From Entomortierella parvispora E1425 (taxonomy: Eukaryota; Fungi; Mortierellomycota): a DNA stretch of 64,000 nucleotides. The DNA lies in NCBI GenBank assembly GCA_020891255.1, contig BQFW01000002.1, forward strand, positions 2,170,001 through 2,234,000, read 5' to 3'. Position 1 is the first letter of the stretch. Each line of letters starts with the position of its first letter. Positions 39,950 through 52,534 of this stretch are shown piece after piece. Both the position numbers and the translations under genes were made by a program. The notes under the pieces were generated by a model. It did no database searches, was not told the origin of the DNA, and was given only the letters and a program-made list of their open reading frames with translations.

Positions 39950-41622
39950 AATTGGCTTCGGGTGTGATGTTGTCTAAAGTAAGTATAGTCTAACGTCAGC
40001 AAAGGCTGGAGGTGAAAATGATAACGAAAAGAATAATAACGAACAAAGCTCGCTGCTTACATATGATAGGGACTTTGCTCTCTGTGCCACAAGGATCAAG
40101 CACAGCACTGCTATATGATCAGATACAATCTCGAGAGAATGAACTGGATAGACAGGAGGAGGAAAATGAGCAACAGGATCACGATATAAGCAGGAACGAA
40201 ACTGAAAGGAGACTAATAAGGACATACCAATGAGCTAAGCACGTCCTAATGGTAACCAAACAGGAGAATAAACAACTACGGAGGCGAACACTAGGTACTA
40301 TACTAACTAATAACAACAACAAGGGAGGATTGAAGGGATCTAATCAGTAAGAGCACGGCCAGAAATATTCTATCCAGGGAAAGGGGACAAGGCCGCCTAA
40401 CTGAGGGTTCAGGAGGGACTCGAGGGAAGGCGACGAGAAGATAAGGGAGGTTCCCAAGCACCAGTTAAGGCCTCAGGATGCCCAAGCGCCAGTTAAGGCC
40501 TCAGGATGCCCAAGCGCCAGTTAAGGCCTCAGGATGGGATGCCAAGATCGTACAAGTCCACTCAAAAGAGACAAGACATTGTTGGTACCTCGTAAGTGAG
40601 CAAGGACACGGAGAAGTGGTTGGCCGAGGTTCTTGACGGGACTTGTCGAGGACGGGGAAGATCGTAACTTGTGAGTGTACAAGGTCGATCAACAGAACGC
40701 AATAGGTCTGTGATATCCAAAGGTAAGGGGAGGAGGTTTAGACTAGCTACTAATAGTCTCAGCAATCGGAATTAAGGCGTCGAGCTTGCTGCTGCTGCAA
40801 AGGGGATATCGGGCAGGAAGGGGGGGGTGTATGTTTGTGTTCTGAAGGGTTCAACAAAAGTGTACTGGCAGGAATCGTAAAGGAAAAAGGCAACCAGGAG
40901 CAAAATGGATTTTGCTCCCTTCTTTATAGAAAAAAAAACTGAAACTAAACAAAATAATAAATGCTACTGAAAATATATCTCTACTCCGATGGATGTGGAC
41001 CGGGACTCCACATCTACTACACCACACCGGTCAGTCTGCAGCAGCACTGCGCCGATGGCGAAACCGGATGCATCTGTTTCGACAAAGGTGAGGAGATCGG
41101 GGTCGAAGATGCGGAGGACGGGGGCGGAGCAGATGGCCCGTTTGAGCTGAAGGAATGCAGATTGTTGTTCGTCGGTCCATTTGAAGGGAGTGTTGTTGGC
41201 AAGGAGGGAAGAGAGAGGGAGGGCAATCCCTGCAAAGCCCGATACGTACTGTTGATAAAATTGCGCAAGCCCCAAAAATTGCTGGACGTCCTTTGTGCTC
41301 TTGGGGGTGGGCCAGTCACTGATGGCTTTGCTGAGCCCAGCCGATGTTTTGATCCCGTCCTTGGTGATGGTGTGGCCCAAAAATTCAGTTTCGTCTTGCA
41401 TGAAGGAGCACTTGCTCAATTTCGCGTACAGACCATTCTTGCGGAGGAGAGCCAGGACGCTTCGGAGATGCTGCAGGTGTTCTTTCTTTGTCTTGGAGTA
41501 GATCAACAGATCGTCGAGATACACGACGACCCATTTGTCCAAGACTGGATCGAGCACTCGCAACATCATATTGGAGAACGAAGCAGGAGCGTTAGTAAGG
41601 CCAAAGGGAACAACATTGAACT

Positions 41623-44372
41623 TGTGATATTCTCGTGGGGTCTTACTTACAAACAATAACAGTCAATAGAAGTCAACGAGAACAAGAGAGGGTTTTATTA
41701 AAGACAGGCACCAGCAGGTCTATTATAGTCCGGCGGGTGCCAGTCACGGAAGACTCTTAAACATCGGAGAAGTAAAAAAGGACTGCGACTCAGGACTGGC
41801 GTCCTGAACCCCATACCTAGTGCTAAACATCACAGACTCCCCCTCCAGAACTGAACTAGGGAAGTGTTCGTAATGTGTGGCTAGAAGCGGTAGCTAACCG
41901 TTCTGAGTAGCCATGATTAAAGGAAAAAAAACCGTTAGGACGGGCAAAATAAGCCTTTAGTCAATAAGCGAGGGATTGAAACCTCATTGTGAACTAAGCA
42001 GATTGTACAAGTCTGTCTTTGTCACTTGAGAAGTAAACCGTGAAGATCGGGAAAGCTTCTACTCTCAGGCAAAAAATAGAACCTGTGCGAAACAGTGCGT
42101 CTGCAGATTGCAACTGTCAATTACTTAGACTGGCTTGTGCCATGTCATTAGTCAGGGGTGATCTGACTTGTCAAGATGGAAAACGCAATGCGGACAAAAC
42201 CATTGACAATGTAGTTGCATGAGGAGAGGAATGACAAAAGCAAAAAGCTTGTTTGTCTCACGCACGGGTCAAGGAGTTAGAGCACGCGCGCCCACTCCCC
42301 CCGCAAAAAAAAAAAATGAAAAAAATGTCTAAGCCACCGCCCATTAGGATGGCCCATCATTTAATTCATTGAACTCAATTCAGCTCCCCATTCCTTTTCA
42401 CTTTTCTCCCAGAGGACGACTACAGCTTCACTCTTTTGTTTCGCTCTGACCTTCGGACAGACTGGACATTATCAACAGTAAAAGAGACCTTCTTAAGCGC
42501 CTTATTCGGGACTTTTCGCTGTCTCGTCTCCGTCGCCTGTAGAGCGTGCAGTCTTTTCAACTCTTCCTTCTTGGCCTTCTCCAACTTGCGTTGATGCTTG
42601 GCGACCACTCGCGGGTTCTTTTCATTCATGCGTTTCCAGTATTGGTGGACCATCTGGTCTGAGTCAAACCTCTCGTAGGGGATGTAGGAGTCTTCACTAT
42701 CCTTGTATCCCTTCCAGTGGACCTTGTAGAGTATTCTGCCGTCTTCAAAAGTATGGCCTTTGATTGATTCTACTTCATAGCTCTCTTCGGAGGGCTTTTC
42801 TAGGTCCTGGGTTACTACGTTGAGTTGCTCAGGTGCATAATGACGAGGAAGAATCTCACCAATTGCGTTTTGTAATTCATAGGCTCCGAAAGCTGTCCTT
42901 CTTGTTACTTTAAAAGGGCCGTCCTTTTTAGGGGTAAGAGCACCTTCGGCAGCAGGATCTTCAGCCATGACGAATGCACCAGGTTGTATTTCGCGAATGG
43001 TGTGAGATTTGTTGAACTTATCGATCATTTTCTTTTGGTTACTGGAGCTAAGCTCTGATAACGCAGGAAATACCAGGTGAGTCAAGTATAATAATCTCTT
43101 CTCTAATTCTTCATCATTTAGAAGAGGACTCTCAGCCGCTGTGAAGTTTGATATCCCAGGAAATGCTCGACCATAAAATAGTGAGAATGGTGTTGAATTG
43201 TGAAGTGACACAATTTTGCTGTTCATCTGAAGCTGGACCATGGGTAAGTGCACATCCCAATCAGTAGGGTTTGCCTCCATGTTTTTTCGCAAGATGTCCT
43301 TCATTGACTTTCCGCCACTCCGTTACCTCGAGGGTGGTATGGCGTTGAGACTCGGTGGTCAATCTGTAGAGTTTCTGTCAGATTGGTAATAATTTTGTTG
43401 ACAAACTCTAGACCATTGTCGCTTTGGATAATCTTTGGAAATCCAATGTCGCAAAATAGACGAAAGAGAGGCTTACTAACTGAAGCAGCATCTTTTGTTT
43501 TCAATTCAAATAGGAAAACAAATCTAGTGCAGACATCGACAACTAGGAGGGCATATTCATTGCCGTCTTTACTTGGTGGAAATTGAGTCAAGTCAATAGC
43601 CAAATGTTCACCAGGGAGTTCTGCGTGAATGGCTTTTAAAGGGTGGTATCCCTTTCTAGCAATGTTGTACCGCTGACATGATGAATATGATTTAACCCAG
43701 AGGACACAGTCTTCTTTCAATTTGGGCCACGTCATGTTGTCTAGCTGGATCATGTTGACCATTGCTGTCGCACCTAGATGACCAAAGGAATGAGTCCTGT
43801 TCAAGATCTCTCTTCTTTTGGACTTCTCAGGTACTTGTCTATTATCAGGTTCAGGAATTTGATGCATGAAAGGTTTATCAGACAATTGAACGCCTTCTGC
43901 TAGTTTAAGACCTTCTGGACTCATCCGCAGGGCAAAATCTACAGAGTCGATAGTCTCTGCATCTGGAGCTGCCATTGCTGCATTGAATCTCTTACGAGCC
44001 TTAATCTCTGACATCTTGCTTTCCTCCCATAGATCATCAGGAAATGCTCTAGACAATGCATCTGGAATAACATTCAGGATTCCAGGAAGATGGATGATCT
44101 TAAAGTCATAGTTGAAGATCGTCTCTTTCCAGTCTGCCATGATGTTGTTCAGATTCTCTTGATCCATCAGGAAGGTCAATGGCTTATGGTCAGTGAACAG
44201 AGTGAAGCGTCTTCCCCACAGGTAATAGTGGAACTTCTTAAGTGTAAAGATAATTGCCAACAATTCTTTCTTGTATGCAGGGTATCGCTTCTCATGATCA
44301 CGCAGTGCCCGAGCCATGAACGAGATGTAATTAATCTTGCTGTCATCTTTTTCTCCCAATGGTAGTTGATAC
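41623..44372 (-). mobile_element. 5'-truncated family E copy E2 (3' LTR 41623-41834, RH-INT-chromodomain)
   Basis: Near-identical to 45870-48645; 10-bp deletion at ~43310 frameshifts the integrase. Confidence 0.92.
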
Positions 44373-44442
44373 AGTAAGGGACAAAACTGTCTCAATGTTT
44401 TCAAATTTTTTCTATTACGCGTGAGTGCTCCATCATAAACGC

Positions 44443-44951
44443 TGTGGTGTAGTAGATACAGATCACACATTTGTAGAAGTCAGTTTAGATACCCTTAAAA
44501 GATTGCGTTAATATAATTTCGTGTTCAGAGCAGTAATTGCTCTTGGTCGCTTCCTTCCCTACTTTCTCGTTTGCTTTTGTTTGATCGTTACAGAACACAT
44601 ACACATCCCCCCCCCCCCACTTCCTGCCCGATATCCCCTTTGCAGCAGCAGCAAGATCGACGCCTTAATTCCGATTGCTGAGACTATTAGTAGCTAGTCT
44701 AACCTCCTCCCCCCCCTTTACCTTTGGATATCACAGACCCTGTTCTGCCGATCAAGCTTGCCTTCGTTCAAGTCTTGAGCTTCCACCGGACTGAGATCTT
44801 TATTGATACTTGGTTCACACAGTTTAGACAGTGAGATCCTGCAACGTCTATCCTCCCCCTCGCAAGCAATCCCCTTTCCCTTGATCACTTGTGACCAGCC
44901 CCTCTCTCCTTGAGCTACGACCGATCCCCAACCCCTTGTAGCAACACCACA
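44443..44951 (+). repeat. Family-C LTR, left flank ACGC, no matching right TSD
   Basis: Matches 60864-61373. Confidence 0.92.
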
Positions 44952-44954
44952 CCA

Positions 44955-45065
44955 TGCAATAGGAGTATCGAGGGTGGAGTGGAGACAAGAAGTGAGTTTT
45001 ATTATATTGCAAGTTTCTAGCTTTTGTAGGTACACATCGCGTGATGTCACCGTATTCCTGTTACA
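44955..45065 (-). repeat. Family-A LTR
   Basis: Matches 53994-54104; abuts the truncated Crypton gene. Confidence 0.93.
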
Positions 45066-45869
45066 CGTATACTGAAGGGGAATTCATCAGGATCCTTTGC
45101 TATCTCTGGCGATATCTTCCTATCCGATCTGTCGAGGGAAATAAGCGCCAGTACAAGTCTGAGAGGCGCTTCCCATATCTTCGCGAGCGTCTTGCTCAAC
45201 TCTTTCGTCACCATGCATTGATGCGAGACGAAGATATACGCAACATCACCCTCAGCAATATGTTTTGTATCCAAGCAAAACATCCTGGAGCGGGATCCGA
45301 TCTGGCGACTGGAATTGTCTGTTGTATTTCCCGAGGCAAGACCAACAAGAAGGGCGTGAAGCTGTATAGCACTGTATTCCGCCACAAGAACGTTCTTCGA
45401 TGCACAGTAGGAGGCTTTGCATTTTACATGCTGGAGCGTTGGCAGGTAAGAGGAAGTTTTGGTGCTCGACTGTCCATCATTCGTCTCACAAGGCTGATAG
45501 ATAGTATAGGGACTCATGCTTTTTCCAATACTTTCATCGTGATTTCTGGTAGGTTGACAAGGAGCCTCTTCCTAACTTTCTTGATCCGGACGATTGGAGT
45601 GGTGTGATGCTTTTGGCTGATGCAAATCCTGCAGCTCGGATGGGGTTGAGCAAAGACCGAAAGTCAACCTCTGGAGGAAAAGTCCAGAACCGTAAACAAG
45701 CAATTGATCCAAGGACTCAAATCGCCACCACCACCAAGGCCTTGTTGGCTTGTGGAATTGCATCAACCAAGATCACTCACGGTGGCCGTCATGCTGGAAC
45801 CTCCGAGGCGTACCACCTAGGCCTTGATTTTGATCATATCCGACACCTTGGTCGATGGGTCATGGGTCA

Positions 45870-48800
45870 TGTGATATTCTCGTGGGGTCTTACTTACAAA
45901 CAATAACAGTCAATAGAAGTCAACGAGAACAAGAGAGGGTTTTATTAAAGACAGGCACCAGCAGGTCTTTTATAGTCCGGCGGGTGCCAGTCACGGAAGA
46001 CTCTTAAACATCGGAGAAGTAAAAAAAGGACTGCGACTCAGGACTGGCGTCCTGAACCCCATACCTAGTGCTAAACATCACAGACTCCCCCTCCAGAACT
46101 GAACTAGGGAAGTGTTCGTAATGTGTGGCTAGAAGCGGTAGCTAACCGTTCTGAGTAGCCATGATTAAAGGAAAAAAAACCGTTAGGACGGGCAAAATAA
46201 GCCTTTAGTCAATAAGCGAGGGATTGAAACCTCATTGTGAACTAAGCAGATTGTACAAGTCTGTCTTTGTCACTTGAGAAGTAAACCGTGAAGATCGGGA
46301 AAGCTTCTACTCTCAGGCAAAAAATAAAACCTGTGCGAGACAGTGCGTCTGCAGATTGCAACTGTCTATTACTTAGACTGGCTTGTGCCATGTCATTAGT
46401 CAGGGGTGATCTGACTTGTCAAGATGGAAAACGCAAAGCGGACAAAACCATTGACAATGTAGTTGCATGAGGAGAGGAATGACAAAAGCAAAAAGCTTGT
46501 TTGTCTCACTCACGCACGGGTCAAGGAGTTAGAGCATGCGCGCCCACTCCCCCCGCAAAAAAAAAAAAAAAAAAAAAAAATGAAAAAATTTTCTAAGCCA
46601 CCGCCCATTAGGATGGCCCATCATCTAATTCATTCAACTCAATTCAGCTCCCCATTCCTTTTCACTTTTCTCCCAGAGGACGACTACAGCTTCGCTCTTT
46701 TGTTTCGCTCTGACCTTCGGACAGACTGGACATTGTCAACAGTAAAAGAGACCTTCTTAAGCGCCTTATTCGGGACTTTTCGTTGTCTCGTCTCCGTCGC
46801 CTGTAGAGCGTGCAGTCTTTTCAACTCTTCCTTCTTGGCCTTCTCCAACTTGCGTTGATGCTTGGCGACCACTCGCGGATTCTTTTCATTCATGCGTTTC
46901 CAGTATTGGTGGACCATCTGGTCTGAGTCAAACCTCTCGTAGGGGATGTAGGAGTCTTCACTATCCTTGTATCCCTTCCAGTGGACCTTGTAGAGTATTC
47001 TGCCGTCTTCAAAAGTATGGCCTTTGATTGATTCTACTTCATAGCTCTCTTCGGAGGGCTTTTCTAGGTCCTGGGTTACTACGTTGAGCTGCTCAGGTGC
47101 ATAATGACGAGGAAGAATCTCACCAATTGCGTTTTGTAATTCATAGGCTCCGAAAGCTGTCCTTCTTGTTACTTTAAAAGGGCCGTCCTTTTTAGGGGTA
47201 AGAGCACCTTCGGCAACAGGATCTTCAGCCATGACGAATGCACCAGGTTGTATTTCGCGAATGGTGTGAGATTTGTTGAACTTATCGATCATTTTCTTTT
47301 GGTTACTGGAGCTAAGCTCTGATAACGCAGGAAATACCAGGTGAGTCAAGTACAATAATCTTTTCTCTAATTCTTCATCATTTAGAAGACGACTCTCGGC
47401 CGCTGTGAAGTTTGATATCCCAGGAAATGCTCGACCATAAAATAGTGAGAATGGTGTTGAATTGTGAAGTGACACAATTTTGCTGTTCATCTGAAGCTGA
47501 ACCATGGGTAAGTGCACATCCCAATCAGTAGGGTTTGCTTCAATGTTTTTTCGCAAGATGTCCTTCATTGACTTGATATGTCTTTCCGCCACTCCGTTAC
47601 CTCGAGGGTGGTATGGCGTTGAGACTCGGTGGTCAATCTGTAGAGTTTCTGTCAGATTGGTAATAATTTTGTTGACAAACTCTAGACCATTGTCGCTTTG
47701 GATAATCTTTGGAAATCCAATGTCGCAAAATAGACGAAAGAGACGCTTACTAACTGAAGCAGCATCTTTTGTTTTCAATTCAAATAGGAAAACAAATCTA
47801 GTGCAGACATCGACAACTAGGAGGGCATATTCATTGCCGTCTTTACTTGGTGGAAATTGAGCCAAGTCAATAGCCAGATGTTCACCAGGGAGTTCTGCGT
47901 GAATGGCTTTTAAAGGGTGGTATCCCTTTCTAGCAATGTTGTACCGCTGACATGATGAACATGATTTAACCCAGAGGACACAGTCTTCTTTCAATTTGGG
48001 CCACGTCATATTGTCTAGCTGGATCATGTTGACCATTGCTGTCGCACCTAGATGACCAAAGGAGTGAGTCCTGTTCAAGATCTCTCTTCTTTTGGACTTC
48101 TCAGGTACTTGTCTATTATCAGGTTCAGGAATTTGATGCATGAAAGGTTTATCAGACAATTGAACGCCTTCTGCTAGTTTAAGACCTTCTGGACTCATCC
48201 GCAGGGCAAAATCTACAGAGTCGATAGTCTCTGCATCTGGAGCTGCCATTGCTGCATTGAATCTCTTACGAGCCTTAATCTCTGACATCTTGCTTTCCTC
48301 CCATAGATCATCAGGAAATGCTCTAGACAATGCATCTGGAATAACATTCAGGATTCCAGGAAGATGGATGATCTTAAAGTCATAGTTGAAGATCGTCTCT
48401 TTCCAGTCTGCCATGATGTTGTTCAGATTCTCTTGATCCATCAGGAAGGTCAATGGCTTATGGTCAGTGAACAGAGTGAAGCGTCTTCCCCACAGGTAAT
48501 AGTGGAACTTCTTAAGTGTAAAGATAATTGCCAACAATTCTTTCTTGTATGCAGGGTATCGCTTCTCATGATCACGCAGTGCCCGAGCCATAAACGAGAT
48601 GTAATTAATCTTGCTGTCATCTTTTTCTCCCAATGGTAGTTGATACAACATTCCTGCAATACCACGATTGGACGCATCGGTTGCAACGTACATCGGAAGT
48701 TCCCAAATGACATGGCAAAGGATTGGTGCTTGAGGAATCAATTTCTTAATTCCTTCAAAGCTTCGCATTTGGAGACTATCCAAAACGAATGGTCCCTTTA

Positions 48801-51800
48801 CGTTTCTCAGGGCATCTAAAGGACTGGCTATGTCACCAAACAGAGGAATATATTCTCTGAAATGGTTGAACATTCCCATGTATCTTTGTACCATCTGACC
48901 GCTGGTAGGTGGAGCCCATGACTTGATGTTGGCAATCTTTTCAGGATTAATTCTTCTCCCGTACTTGTCAACAACAAATCCCAACAGTACAATCTGTGTG
49001 CACAGGAAGCGACTCTTCTCTCGATTGATAATGAGTTTTGCTTTTGTTAACCTGTCTATTACAATTTTGACATGTTGTAGGTGCTCTTCCTTGGTGTGAG
49101 AAAAGATAACTATGTCATCTACATAGATGCAGACAAACGAAAGGTCTCCCAGGAGGTAAGTCATTCCTCTCTGAAAAATACTTGTCATTGGCTTTAAACC
49201 AAAAGGAGCTCTCGCAAACATATATTGCCTCCCCTTGTAGGTGAATGCCGTCAGGGGTTGACTCTCTTTTGATAGTGGCAACCGATTGTAAGCTTGAGCA
49301 AGATCGAGCGTGGAGTAATAACTGTGACCAGCTGTCTTTTTCAGGATGTCGGCGATCTCAGGTAGCTGAAATGTATCCGATAACAATAACTGCTTGTTTA
49401 ACAACCTAGGATCTAAACAGACTCTATATTTTAATATCTTGCCTTCTAGGTCTCTTCTGGCTGATAAGGTCAGCGAGTTATTGTGTGGATTGCCTTTCGG
49501 CGCAGGCACAATCACCCCACTATCCCACCATTTTACGATTTGTTGAGCTACTTCAGCATCTGCTGTCTGCGCATGGAATTGTCTTGTCTTGACAAAGACT
49601 GTGCAGTTAGGAGGTACTTTGAGTTCAACTCTCATAATCTCCAAGGTACAGTGGCTCTTGGGATCAATCGCGGTGTTGAGGTCCAGTAGATTCTGAATCT
49701 CTTTCTCAAAAAGGGCTTTGTCTCTGATAAATTCAGCAGTTTTTTCTTCTTCAGGCTTTTCGTCAGGAATGATCGGCGGCTTGTCTTCATCATGAATCCA
49801 GATGTCAGGTAGAGGAGATGGTTTGGGCATTCGGACACCTCCGATGTAATACCCAAAGCGATAGAATAGGTCTGCTCCGACATAAAAGTCATAGTAAGGT
49901 ATGTTCATAACACCCACTTGACAAGAGACCGAACGTCCATTACAGGCAAGATCTAACTTATCACATGTAAGTAGGTTCTCTGCCTTAGCTCCTGCTTCTC
50001 CCAGCTCAACTGGATCTGGTAGCTTTGCCACTCGAATTCCCAGCTCTTTAGCAATCGCTGAATCAATGAACGAATCCGTCGATCCAGTGTCTAGAACTGC
50101 TGTAAGTGATTTACCATTGGCAATTAATTCTACCGCAAAACGGTTGTCACCCTCTTGCGCACCTCTGAAAGCACAAAGCTTCTTCGTTGGTGGTGTTGGG
50201 TCAAACTCATTAAAGTACTTTGAAAATTCAGCAATTTTATTAATACTAACAGTTCCAATTTCTTCTGCTAGATTGGCATCCAGACTCGAACTGCGGATCA
50301 TATCGATTTCTCTAGTGATGGCAGCTAGTCTCTTAGGATTCAATGGAACCAATGGAATTGGGCTACTCTTTTTCATGGCTGCGACCGCGCGGATAGGACC
50401 TTGCTCAGGCCTTGCTTTCTTGAAGGACGGTCGCAACTCAGGGTGCACAAAGTAGCACTTGGAGTGATGATGCTTCTTGGAGTTGCATCTCTCACTGGTA
50501 CATGGCTGCTTTTCCTTCTCGCTACGAGGGTGCTTGCCAGTGCTTGCTTGCGGAATCTGCGCCTTCTTCCCAATGGTGGTAGAAGAGGAAGCACTCTTTC
50601 CTGCAAGTGACTTGAATCTTGACTTGAACCACTTGGCCCAATCAGTCTTGCGACCAGGAAGTGCAGTATTGTCGGCTCGGAGGCACTCGAGGAACTTCAA
50701 TACGTTCGGGACATCAGGCAGATTTGGGTAAGTCTTTGTAACTGCTTTCTGGCCCTCATCCGGCAAACCCGCATAAAGTGACTGAATGACCAACTTCTCA
50801 TGCACAGTATCCGTTAGGCCAGACGCTTCTAACAGAAGATCAACCTTGTACGCATAGAGGTGGATATCAGCAAATGATGCTGAATCCAAAGAGAAAAAGC
50901 TTGTTCATCGCCTCAGCTTGCAAGAGCTCGACTCGAAATAACTCCTGGATGCACTTCTCAACTGGAATCCAAGTGTTGATGGAGCTGTAATCGTAGCACG
51001 GAGGAGACTCTGTCTCAATCACATTGTCCATCTGGGTGGCTAGGTCCTTGCCCATTTGCTTGAGCATGTCGTCTAGCAACTTTACTTCGATACCAGCCTT
51101 GCGGAACGCCTTCATCATGTACTGACTCGCCATGATGTCAAACAGACTGCCCAGCTGGATCTTGTAGAACTCGGAGAACTCACGCATAAACTTGTTGATT
51201 GCACGAACGATTTCCATGGCGTCAGTGCTGGCTTGGAAGTTCAGCTTCAGTTCCGGCTCATCGTCGAAGTTTATCGGGATCACTCTGGAGAAGTCGATCT
51301 TCTCACTGTCCTTAAATACAGGAACGGCCTTTTCTTTCAAGCGCCTGATGTCAATATGATACAGGTTGGAGTTGTTGAAGGGAATGGCGTAGGCACCGGT
51401 GGTTTCGACTGATGGAGTCGTAGTGGTTGGTGTAGGTGTAGACATGGGCGTCTCGCTTCGACCTCTCCAACTCATGTCCACTGGCTCTCGAGGACAAAAC
51501 TCCTTCCAGTGATGGTATGCCAGGTCCATGTCTCGGGTCACCGTTTTAATCTTGCTGAATGTGGCATCGATCTGAGCGCTGTGGTTGCTGAGGATCTTGT
51601 CTCTTTCCTCAGGGCCCATGTTCGCATCCTGGTCGAGCTCTTTGGTCGCCTTTCGAAGGGCGTCCTTTTGCTGCACGAACTTCAGCAGTAATTCGGTCCG
51701 CTCAATTGTGACTTTGTCCAGTTCTTTCTTCATCACATCAGCCATAGAAATAGCTTCTGTCGGAATAGGAACGGCGTCGTCATACTCTTGCATTGGGACA

Positions 51801-52534
51801 TCTTCGGACAGAGGCGCTGGAGGGCGCTCTGGACTTGCATCGACCTCGGCACTCATAAGGTAACGCTATTGATGCGAATGAATACAAAAGAAGCGTTACG
51901 CTATGTCTCTTGAATACAGATAGTGAACGCTAACCAGTCAATCGAGTTGGTGGTTTAGACGTAAACAATAATATTTTGTTTTGGGACTCAGCCAACAAAA
52001 ACAAAATCAGTGATATGGACGACAACAGTTGCTGGACTCACTGCAGTGGATCAACCTCTGAACAATGGATCTACAGTAACAATGTTGTTCGAACAATGTG
52101 TGGAGCACAAAGGAGTGATCAAAGAAAAGGGGCACAAAGGACAAGCCGTTGTGTTCTTTCCGATCAACCTGCACGGGTGGATACGACTGAGAGGAGATCC
52201 CAATTACTGTACACTACACAACAGAGAGGATGATCGATTCTCAAAGGATGGATGATCAACCGGACTGATAGATGTATAATGGTAATGGATGGATGCCCAC
52301 TCTTAAGTACGTTGAAAAAAATGTGATATTCTCGTGGGGTCTTACTTACAAACAATAACAGTCAATAGAAGTCAACGAGAACAAGAGAGGGTTTTATTAA
52401 AGACAGGCACCAGCAGGTCTTTTATAGTCCGGCGGGTGCCAGTCACGGAAGACTCTTAAACATCGGAGAAGTAAAAAAAGGACTGCGACTCAGGACTGGC
52501 GTCCTGAACCCCATACCTAGTGCTAAACATCACA
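45870..52534 (-). mobile_element. Full-length Ty3/gypsy chromovirus E1; 213-bp LTRs 45870-46082 and 52322-52534; 5-bp TSD GGTCA
   Basis: Identical LTRs by eye; GGTCA at 45865-45869 and 52535-52539; removal restores RWVMGQMENFY. Confidence 0.96.
46684..51856 (-). CDS. E1 Gag-Pol polyprotein, single ORF apart from one extra base in the A5 run at 50894-50898
   Basis: Removing one base gives NKLFSLDSASF; then VLDTGS, VCLDPRLLN, YVDD, TDAS, HSFGH..CSSC, IQSDNG, chromodomain YEVESI..YKVHWKGY. Confidence 0.88.

Larger units (their letters stand above)
32479..41026 (-). mobile_element. Apparently intact Ty3/gypsy element D; ~1064-bp LTRs 32479-33542 and 39963-41026; 4-bp TSD CCGG; no chromodomain
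   Basis: LTRs differ only in homopolymer lengths by eye; CCGG at 32475-32478 and 41027-41030; uninterrupted gag and pol. Confidence 0.96.
30595..41622 (-). mobile_element. Family A copy A3 (3' LTR remnant, chromodomain, INT, RH, part of RT), interrupted by D and cut by E2
   Basis: Near-identical to A1/A2 at 30595-32478 and 41027-41622; small deletion removes the LTR/PPT boundary at ~30686. Confidence 0.9.
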
